From assembly GCA_045596605.1 (NCBI GenBank), contig JAZOCR010000159.1, positions 1 through 51,563 on the forward strand: a stretch of 51,563 bases of DNA. Reading direction: 5' to 3'. Of this stretch, positions 1 to 6,805 are shown piece by piece. A program made the translations under genes and the position numbers. Below the pieces are notes generated by a model that did not search any database, was not told the DNA's origin, and worked only from the letters and a program-made list of their open reading frames with translations. The DNA comes from Eubacteriales bacterium. Its GTDB lineage: Bacteria > Bacillota > Clostridia > Oscillospirales > CAG-382. The stretch's first letter is position 1, and every line of letters begins with the position of its first letter.

Positions 1-882
1 GCTCGAATCTTGCGCGACATCACGTTCCTTTTTACAAGCAAAATGTTTCTCCTCTAAAACCTCGTTTGCTGCCGTTCTGACAATAATAGATTTTACGAGT
101 TTATCTAACTCTGAACCATCAGTATAATCAGTAGGTGTAAAATATTTAATACGGTTATCGGCTAACATCTGAAATGCTTTGCTTTTATCCAATGTACTAT
201 TGTCATAAACAGCTATGGAATGACCACCGTTAGCATTAACCAACTTCATACACGGAATATCCGTCATACTATCGCCTATATAAACAATGTTTCTGAACGG
301 AACACGAATCTTCTCAGGCTCAAAGTAGTCATTTACACCGGAATCGTTTACGTCTAACACGCCTTTTTCAATTCTAAACAGAAATTGTGTTTTGTTTGTG
401 TAATTGATGGCTTGCGCAGGCCAAATAGGTACATCCGCTTTATCAAACAAAAAGGAACTTGCATATATTTGTTCAAACTCTTTTGCTATGGCTGTTCCCT
501 CAATCATCTCTTTAAGCCCCGAAGATATGATATAATGCTCGACAATAACATTGTGTTGTCTGCCAAAATCCCTGATTCGCTCAAACCATCCCTCGACTCC
601 GGGGAACAATTTTACTTTGGCACCGTACTCCCTTAATGTTTTTCTTGTTAGCACAATACGCCCATGCGCGTGTTCCATCATTTTGCGCATATAGGCTAAA
701 TTGGAGTCCATTTCATTATTTTCTGCCAACTCCTTACACTCATCCCAAAATGCTTGTACATCATCGCCGAAAACCTCTTGAATATATCCCTGCGCCTGCA
801 TATCGTCGGGAGATAAGGTTTTATCAAAATCATAGCAAATTGCTAATACGGGCTTATCTTCTTTGGTACGTCTTTCAAGCAT
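1..882 (-). CDS. HAD-superfamily hydrolase (HAD-IB / phosphoserine-phosphatase-like); the C-terminal end runs off the window
   Basis: Absent from the ORF track because it has no stop inside the window. My reverse-strand translation from the ATG at 882..880 stays open to position 1 (294 codons): MLERRTKEDKPVLAICYDFDKTLSPDD... HAD motif I is DFDKT, and there is a motif IV-like GDSMTDIPCM. The SD-like GGTGAGGTGAG lies just upstream and is formed by the hsdS-end remnant. Confidence 0.8.
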   Translation of the reverse strand, partial: MLERRTKEDKPVLAICYDFDKTLSPDDMQAQGYIQEVFGDDVQAFWDECKELAENNEMDSNLAYMRKMMEHAHGRIVLTRKTLREYGAKVKLFPGVEGWFERIRDFGRQHNVIVEHYIISSGLKEMIEGTAIAKEFEQIYASSFLFDKADVPIWPAQAINYTNKTQFLFRIEKGVLDVNDSGVNDYFEPEKIRVPFRNIVYIGDSMTDIPCMKLVNANGGHSIAVYDNSTLDKSKAFQMLADNRIKYFTPTDYTDGSELDKLVKSIIVRTAANEVLEEKHFACKKERDVAQDSS

Positions 883-892
883 TATTCTCACC

Positions 893-950
893 TCACCCAA
901 AATATTTTTGCATCAACGCCATTCAGCGTTTCAAGCTTTTCAGCCCTCTT
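893..950 (-). repeat. Decayed copy (R3) of the hsdS 3' terminus, including its stop codon
   Basis: 893-919 matches the real hsdS end (3792-3818) at 26 of 27 positions. Weaker similarity continues for about 30 nt more, with an indel. Read on the minus strand it gives ..KRAEKLETLN / ALMQKYFG-stop, against hsdS ..KSLEKLEMLKKALMQKYFG-stop. The spurious plus-strand ORFs show the same peptide, HPKYFCINA, at both places. Confidence 0.8.
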
Positions 951-1040
951 AATTATACCATTTCATTTTATATGTAATATTTTCTACTCCGAGATTGCAA
1001 CGTGTGCGAACGAAGCAAAGTCGGAAAAGTTTTTATAAAA

Positions 1041-2354
1041 TCAAAATAGGTTATAAGCTTCCTTTTTCGATGCATTATGTTCGTCAACAAATTCGTCATC
1101 AAAGCAATCTGAATAATATTTTTGCGCCATTCGTTGCTCTACAGAGCGATTAAGAATTGCTGCATTACTTGTAGATAAATTAGCTATTCTAAAAGCTGAC
1201 ATAAAAAAATATATCCCTTTTTCAATAATAATTTTACCAATTAGTTCATCTGCAAAAGAAGAACTAATTAAATTAACACCAGAAAAGTCTAAAATAACAA
1301 TCTTTTTCTTATCAATTACAATATTCATTGCCATATTTCTAAGTTTTATAGCAGATTGTCTTGTTCCAGTTCCCCCGTACATTTCTGAAACTTGAATAAT
1401 ATACGCATTGCCACTTTCATTTTCAATATTTTCTAACCAAAAATCTATAGGCGTATGCCCGCCTAACGCATGTGTGATGTCAATTTTTTTGTCATAATTA
1501 ATAGAAACATCTACACATGCAGTGCCATTTCTTTTATCAATAATAAAGCCACCTTCTTTTTTTGTTACAGTTTCCGATTTATAACATCTATATACTGCAC
1601 CACCAGAAGAAATAGTCATTACTCCCATAGATTCACTAACGATACTTGACAACCCCCACAATCCATTACCTTGCCCTATGCGATCGTCTCGTGTTACCTT
1701 TTCCTGAAGAGCAAGTGTAATGGCATCAATTGGCTGCTCTGGGTGATATCTTGAATCTTTTAATGAATTGTATAGTCCCATACCCGAATCAAAAACGCAG
1801 AAAGTAAATGCTTTTGTTTGATTATAAATCTGTGCCATCACATATCCTTTAGAAGTTCCTGAGTGTTGAAGCACATTATCCATCACTTCATTTAAACACC
1901 ATTCAATACTACTGATTACTCCAGCTTCAACAATATCACTTTTTCTAAGTTCTAAAACAAATGCGGAAACTAATTTACACACCCCTTCGCCGGTTTCAAA
2001 TGTCCAAACCTTATCAAAAGGATAATCTATGTCAGAATTAGAACAAGATTCTACAGACAACGGATTCCAAAACCTTGTGTGTCTCACATAGTCATTTGAC
2101 GTATGCTCTATATGGATACGTATTCCCTTCTCCCTATAACGATCTAAAAGGCACGCCAGCGGAGCGCAAACATTGGCGTTGGTTCCTCTTTTCGTTGGAT
2201 TCACTTCGATAATTAGATACGAATATCCCTTTTTTATATGATTCTCAATCCATTTATAGACCTTTCCCACTTGAGAATAATGATCCAACATCAAATTAAA
2301 AACAGGAATTTTTTTATTATTGTTATTATTCTTTTTCGTTTTTCTATTTGACAT
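1041..2354 (-). CDS. GHKL (SpoIIAB/RsbW-like) ATPase/kinase domain fused to a C-terminal STAS-like domain, with an unassigned N-terminal region of about 150 aa
   Basis: 437 aa ORF with SD GAGGTG. Bergerat-fold boxes appear in order: N-box EWCLNEVMDNVLQHS, G1 FCVFDSGMGLYN, G2 RIGQGNGLWGL. The C-terminus KKIVILDFSGVNLISSSFADELIGK resembles STAS-like domains (DUF4325 type, from memory). Confidence 0.7.
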   Translation of the reverse strand: MSNRKTKKNNNNNKKIPVFNLMLDHYSQVGKVYKWIENHIKKGYSYLIIEVNPTKRGTNANVCAPLACLLDRYREKGIRIHIEHTSNDYVRHTRFWNPLSVESCSNSDIDYPFDKVWTFETGEGVCKLVSAFVLELRKSDIVEAGVISSIEWCLNEVMDNVLQHSGTSKGYVMAQIYNQTKAFTFCVFDSGMGLYNSLKDSRYHPEQPIDAITLALQEKVTRDDRIGQGNGLWGLSSIVSESMGVMTISSGGAVYRCYKSETVTKKEGGFIIDKRNGTACVDVSINYDKKIDITHALGGHTPIDFWLENIENESGNAYIIQVSEMYGGTGTRQSAIKLRNMAMNIVIDKKKIVILDFSGVNLISSSFADELIGKIIIEKGIYFFMSAFRIANLSTSNAAILNRSVEQRMAQKYYSDCFDDEFVDEHNASKKEAYNLF

Positions 2355-2447
2355 TTAACACCTCGCAAAAACATTTTTGCTTCAATAGCTTTTTAGAATT
2401 TCTAACTTTTTAAGATTTTTTCGAACGCATTTTCTCTTTTCTCAATT

Positions 2448-3062
2448 CTATCCTCTGGTAGAAAAATAAGTTATTAATGCAGCTATAGCTGCGGTTAACA
2501 AATACCATATTCCATTTGAAAGGATATTTTGCATTACTGCAATAAAACATTGCTTAAATTTTGAATCTTTCCTTGACGTATTCATATTTACGTTTGAACT
2601 TTGAGAAATCACCGTGTTATTATCCCCATGATTAATCGTTCCATTGTTTAAGTTCTTGATATTTATTTGAGATTCGATATATGTTACCTGTAATTCATCT
2701 TGTTCATCTATAGATGTTTTTTCCAAAATATTTGAGAAACTTTGGAGCTCAACTCTACTATCAGCGCTTATAGAGAGCTCAGTTAAATAATTAAAATAAA
2801 TTTTCTTTTTTTCAACAGAAATATTCCCAGCAAACGAAACCAAACTATAACCAGTCGAGCCATATGTAATCTCACAAAATTCTTGTATGCTATTTACATC
2901 ACACGTTATATCACCTAAATTAAACAAGAAATTCACTGATATGATTGTTTTATCACCGCCCCATTTTCTGGCACTTTTTTCTATCCACTCATAAGTTCTT
3001 TTTGTTTCTTCGAAAGTATCTATTCCATATTTTAATTCAATTTTTTTACTAAAACTTGCCAT
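2448..3062 (-). CDS. Hypothetical tail-anchored membrane protein: soluble N-domain, Asn/Ser-rich linker and a single C-terminal TM helix
   Basis: 204 aa ORF with a strong SD (AAGGAGA) before the ATG. The C-terminal hydrophobic stretch is IWYLLTAAIAALITYF. I recognise no catalytic motif. Confidence 0.7.
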   Translation of the reverse strand: MASFSKKIELKYGIDTFEETKRTYEWIEKSARKWGGDKTIISVNFLFNLGDITCDVNSIQEFCEITYGSTGYSLVSFAGNISVEKKKIYFNYLTELSISADSRVELQSFSNILEKTSIDEQDELQVTYIESQINIKNLNNGTINHGDNNTVISQSSNVNMNTSRKDSKFKQCFIAVMQNILSNGIWYLLTAAIAALITYFSTRG

Positions 3063-3081
3063 ATTTTCTCCTTATATTCAT

Positions 3082-3119
3082 TCACCCAAAATATTTCTGC
3101 ATCAACGCCTTCACACAAC
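3082..3119 (-). repeat. Copy (R2) of the hsdS 3' terminus, including its stop codon
   Basis: 3082-3108 is identical (27/27) to 3792-3818. It reads ..VK-ALMQKYFG-stop on the minus strand. About 8 more nt of similarity (CTTCA.CA) follow after a 3-nt gap. It sits between the stop of ORF 3120..3779 and the SD of ORF 2448..3062. Confidence 0.85.
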
Positions 3120-3779
3120 TTAAAACATATTATTTTTTAATTGCATCAAATCAAACGATTTGTTAATCATAGCACTATAGAACTCAGGCATTAATAATGT
3201 TAATAACTTATAGATGTCCGTCAAGATTTGCGCATAGTTATCATAAGTTTCTCGGCTTCTATCTACAGAATTTTTATCACCAACAATATCACCTAACTCT
3301 ATCAAAAGTTTGCAAAATTCACCATCTCTATCCTTTGTATGACCATTCCTTTTATCATCAACAATGGCAAGATAGAAATGATAACTATAACCAAGCTCAA
3401 TATATATGTGTTGTACTTCAGCATCTGATAATTCTTTGTTTTTTAAAATGTCCCCAATTCTTCCTATTACATTTTCGGTTCTCTTATAAAATTCCTTATA
3501 GTTATCTTTTTGTTCGGTTGTTGAGTATTCGTCATATGTTTTCAATCCCGAGATCAAGAAGAAAACAAATCCGGTTACAATACCAGCACTAACACTACAA
3601 AAAAATGAAGACCACACACCTGATGTTACGAACATTAAAACCGTTGTAACAATGAATGCAAAAAAAGAAATAATACACGCCCTTACATATTTGAACTTTA
3701 TTATCAGATTACAGAAAATCAACCTTGAAATCTTTTTTGGGGATTTCGAATTTGCAGCTAAATCTTCCAACCAGTTCAT
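3120..3779 (-). CDS. Hypothetical membrane protein: two N-terminal TM helices and a helical cytoplasmic C-domain of about 140 aa
   Basis: Track ORF is 3120..3788. I prefer the ATG at 3779 (MNWLEDL..), which lies 8 nt after GGTGAGGAG and 12 nt after the hsdS stop. TM segments are ACIISFFAFIVTTVLMFV and FCSVSAGIVTGFVFFLISGL. No recognisable motif. Confidence 0.7.
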   Translation of the reverse strand: MNWLEDLAANSKSPKKISRLIFCNLIIKFKYVRACIISFFAFIVTTVLMFVTSGVWSSFFCSVSAGIVTGFVFFLISGLKTYDEYSTTEQKDNYKEFYKRTENVIGRIGDILKNKELSDAEVQHIYIELGYSYHFYLAIVDDKRNGHTKDRDGEFCKLLIELGDIVGDKNSVDRSRETYDNYAQILTDIYKLLTLLMPEFYSAMINKSFDLMQLKNNMF

Positions 3780-3791
3780 TTCAAACACTCC

Positions 3792-4907
3792 TCACCCAAA
3801 ATATTTCTGCATCAACGCTTTCTTCAGCATTTCAAGTTTTTCAAGACTCTTTTGAATTTCCAATTTTGATTTGTCGGTCTGTTCGACAAAAACAATATAG
3901 TCCTTTTGTAATTTAATTGGTGGAATAATCTGCATATATGCTTTCATAATTGCAGTATTCAAATTAGGTTGCGTACCAGCTGGTGCTATTGCTCTGAAAT
4001 GCTCTGTCATTTGATTCAACGCTTGCAATAAAAATACTTTATCTAACCTATTATCTATATTTTCCATCGCAAGCCAACCATCGTGAATACATCCATCAAA
4101 AGTAATTATTCTTGCAAATCCAAGAGAAACTCCACAATTTGCAAAGATTAAACTACCTTTTTTTACTAAACGACTCTTTCTTACACCCTCTTGGATAATA
4201 TGTTCTTTCGTAGCGTGCAGATAGACATTATCACCTTTTGTTGCATCCCCAATCTTAATCCAAGGAATCGTTCCACCTAAATACTGCTCAATAGGTCTTG
4301 GAGAACCACCTCTCGAAATATCACACAGATTGCCAAGAGGTTCTATATCCCACCCTTTATCATTTACATTTATATCCCCAAACAGTTCGACAAATCGTGC
4401 TTTGACAAGCTCGTCAATTTTTGAGAGTTGCTGTTTGCGGAGAGAAATCAAATGACTTACCATATCCAATTCATTGGCGATTTTCTTTTGCACCTCAATA
4501 TTTGGCAAATAAAATGAAAGAGCATCAAAAATTGGCTTTGTCAAGTGTTTCATAGTTGCACCATGCACCTCACTGGAAGCATTATTCAAAATACTTTCCA
4601 CTTGATGCACAAAGAAGCTTGTGTCAACTTCCGCTTTATCGAATATCACTTTAAAAATGTGCTGATTCAGGACAGCCTTTTCCCCCGCCCACACATATAC
4701 ACCAAGACTTGCTGACCAAGAGATAAGTACGTCTCCACAGTTCACCTCATACCTTGCGTCATATTTGCCATTATATCGATTTGCTTGATATGAATTTCCA
4801 GTTAAATCTTGAATGCGAATAATTGGAACACCTTCGCTTGACCAATCTGTTGGCTTGAAAGCATAACCATTAATATATGTTGCAATATCACCTAACCTCG
4901 CCATCAT
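3792..4907 (-). CDS. hsdS: Type I restriction-modification specificity subunit HsdS (two target-recognition domains)
   Basis: N-terminus MMARLGDIATYINGYAFKP. The second TRD starts at LGNLCDISRGGSPRP. The central spacer LRKQQLSKIDELVKARFVELFG and the C-terminal spacer LEKLEMLKKALMQKYFG are the duplicated conserved helices typical of HsdS. The likely start ATG(ATG) at 4907/4904 overlaps the upstream stop (ATGA); the track ORF extends to 4985. Confidence 0.9.
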   Translation of the reverse strand: MMARLGDIATYINGYAFKPTDWSSEGVPIIRIQDLTGNSYQANRYNGKYDARYEVNCGDVLISWSASLGVYVWAGEKAVLNQHIFKVIFDKAEVDTSFFVHQVESILNNASSEVHGATMKHLTKPIFDALSFYLPNIEVQKKIANELDMVSHLISLRKQQLSKIDELVKARFVELFGDINVNDKGWDIEPLGNLCDISRGGSPRPIEQYLGGTIPWIKIGDATKGDNVYLHATKEHIIQEGVRKSRLVKKGSLIFANCGVSLGFARIITFDGCIHDGWLAMENIDNRLDKVFLLQALNQMTEHFRAIAPAGTQPNLNTAIMKAYMQIIPPIKLQKDYIVFVEQTDKSKLEIQKSLEKLEMLKKALMQKYFG

Positions 4908-5251
4908 AAAAACCTCTCTTTCATCCATATACAGCCACATATCAAAACAATTATTACAATCACTACAATGAGAATCCACCACCACGCAAAAGAGAAAATT
5001 CCCATTAAAGCCAACACACCAGTAATTGCCGCATTTGCAACTAAGTACAATAGACTACCCAATGCTGGAAAGTCACCTCTATGATATACCAAATGTACCA
5101 AAGCAAACGCCACTACATGGATAATCGGTTCAGAAATCCAGTTTATCAAAACTGCATTATCACCAAAGCATTCAAAAGGGTTTGGCAAATAGAATTGTCG
5201 AACAATTACACTGAGCGTTGCCATTATTCCATATAAAGATAATCTTCTCAC
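4904..5251 (-). CDS. Small hypothetical membrane protein (about 3 TM helices) lying between hsdM and hsdS
   Basis: 115 aa ORF that fills the whole hsdM-hsdS gap. Its GTG start overlaps the hsdM stop (GTGA); an alternative ATG is at 5224. Its stop overlaps the hsdS start (ATGA). Hydrophobic segments are IIHVVAFALVHLVY, LGSLLYLVANAAITGVLALMGIF and WWWILIVVIVIIVLICGCIW. Confidence 0.6.
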   Translation of the reverse strand: MRRLSLYGIMATLSVIVRQFYLPNPFECFGDNAVLINWISEPIIHVVAFALVHLVYHRGDFPALGSLLYLVANAAITGVLALMGIFSFAWWWILIVVIVIIVLICGCIWMKERFL

Positions 5252-6804
5252 AACAATTCCTCCAACTCATCCAGTCCCTTTGTAATTTCCATTTCAAGCT
5301 CGTGAAGGTCTGCCATAATTTCAGCAGTTGATGGATATTCTACGGGCTTATATTCGGTCTTTTTGTACTTGTTGATTGAAAGGTCATAGTCGTTTTCTAC
5401 TATCTCCTCTTTGGGAACAAAGAAGGATTTATCCGTGCGCTCTCTTGCAGATTCAGGGATAAATGGTGTATCCGGAACAAAAGCATCGCTTGGTGCAGAA
5501 GAAGGTAAATTCTCTGCAAAACGCAAATGGAATCTATTTATAATATCGGGTATATCATTTTCTGAAACTGGGCTTCTCTTATCGTCAAGAGAAAATCCGT
5601 CTGCCTGCATATCGTAGAACCAAATGTTATCTGTTCCGCCGTGTCCTGTTTTGGTAAATACAAGTATAGCAGTAGAAACACCGGAATAGGGTTTAAACAC
5701 GCCTGAAGGCATAGAAACAACTGCTTCAAGACGGTTGTTTTCAATAATTTCCTTGCGGATTGCTTTGTGGGCAGTTGAAGAACCGAAAAGCACTCCATCA
5801 GGAACAATACAAGCACATCTTCCGCCAACCTTAAGCATACGCAAAAACAGTGTGAGGAACAGAAGCTCTGTCTTTTTTGTTTTACAGATTTTAAGTAAAT
5901 CGGTAGATACTATGTCATAGTCAAGGCTTCCCTTAAAAGGCGGGTTTGCAAGAATAAGGGAATATTTTTCCCTATCTGAATTCTGGTCGGAAAGGCTGTC
6001 ACGATACTCAATAAAGGGGCTATCAATGCCGTGGGTCATCATATTCATCGCACCGATACGGAGCATAGTTCTATCCATATCGTAGCCGAAGAACATAGAA
6101 TTCATATAGTGGTCTTTTTTTATCTTATTATAAAAAATCTCTTCCTTGTGATTTTCTTTCAAGTACTCACCCGCAGCTACAAGGAAACCGCTCGTTCCAC
6201 ACGCTGGGTCGCATATATTGTCGTCCGGCTTTGGCTGCATCATAGTTACCATCATTTTGATTATGTGTCTGGGCGTTCTGAACTGACCGTTAAGACCTGA
6301 TTGTGCAATTTTGTTCAAAAGATATTCGTATACGTCACCTCTTACGTCATTATCAGATGAAATCTTCATCATTTCATAGATATCGTCAAGGCAGGTTACT
6401 ACCTTATCAAGAAGAAGAGGAGTAGGAATTTTAAAAATTGCATCGTCCATATATTTTGAATAAGCGCTATCCTTGTCTGCGTGCAGATTCTTTATAAAAG
6501 GAAAAACCCATTCCTGCATAACGGAATACATCTTGCCGGCAGGAAAGTCACGAAAAGTTGACCACTTGAGCTGGTTTCCGTCAATGGTACGCTCCCCAAT
6601 TGTAACTTCTGATGCAAAAATGCTGTTATGAGGAAGACCAAGCATTGCACTCTCTTTTGCGCGAAGGTTGTCTGTATCGTCAAGGTCGTGGATAAACATC
6701 AAATAAGTAATTTGCTCAATTACGTCAAGGGGGTTAACAAGTCCACCTGAAGCAAATATATCCCAAAGTCCGTCTATCTTGTTTTTAAGTTCGCCTGTAA
6801 TCAT
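5248..6804 (-). CDS. hsdM: Type I restriction-modification N6-adenine DNA methyltransferase subunit HsdM
   Basis: AdoMet motif I is DPACGTSGFL and catalytic motif IV is LANPPF. The N-terminus is HsdM-like (LWDIFASGG..QITYLMF). The likely start is the ATG at 6804 (MITGELKNK), 1 nt after the fic stop; the track ORF extends to 6852. Confidence 0.95.
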   Translation of the reverse strand: MITGELKNKIDGLWDIFASGGLVNPLDVIEQITYLMFIHDLDDTDNLRAKESAMLGLPHNSIFASEVTIGERTIDGNQLKWSTFRDFPAGKMYSVMQEWVFPFIKNLHADKDSAYSKYMDDAIFKIPTPLLLDKVVTCLDDIYEMMKISSDNDVRGDVYEYLLNKIAQSGLNGQFRTPRHIIKMMVTMMQPKPDDNICDPACGTSGFLVAAGEYLKENHKEEIFYNKIKKDHYMNSMFFGYDMDRTMLRIGAMNMMTHGIDSPFIEYRDSLSDQNSDREKYSLILANPPFKGSLDYDIVSTDLLKICKTKKTELLFLTLFLRMLKVGGRCACIVPDGVLFGSSTAHKAIRKEIIENNRLEAVVSMPSGVFKPYSGVSTAILVFTKTGHGGTDNIWFYDMQADGFSLDDKRSPVSENDIPDIINRFHLRFAENLPSSAPSDAFVPDTPFIPESARERTDKSFFVPKEEIVENDYDLSINKYKKTEYKPVEYPSTAEIMADLHELEMEITKGLDELEELL

Positions 6805-6805
6805 T

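Noticed and set aside
385-977. Plus-strand ORFs 385..636 and 636..977
   Set aside because: They lie antisense to the well-supported HAD hydrolase CDS and to the hsdS-tail remnant. They have alternative start codons, no SD and low-complexity products. Their HPKYFCINA peptide is just the reverse reading of the hsdS tail.
3197-3916. Plus-strand ORFs 3197..3592, 3652..3855 and 3725..3916
   Set aside because: Shadow ORFs antisense to the 2-TM gene and the hsdS 3' end. They were useful only because they exposed the repeated hsdS-tail sequence.
893-4985. Phase-variable hsdS shufflon (invertible or silent hsdS copies)
   Set aside because: The hsdS-tail copies are all direct repeats rather than inverted. 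They carry no TRD-coding sequence, and no recombinase gene is nearby. Inversion-based specificity switching is therefore not supported.
4908-4985. N-terminal extensions of track ORFs: hsdS to 4985, hsdM to 6852, the 752-aa protein to 45113, pflB from 14414, hemW to 49670
   Set aside because: In each case a downstream ATG has a proper SD and gives a family-typical N-terminus. The extensions overlap upstream genes, a promoter or a riboswitch terminator.
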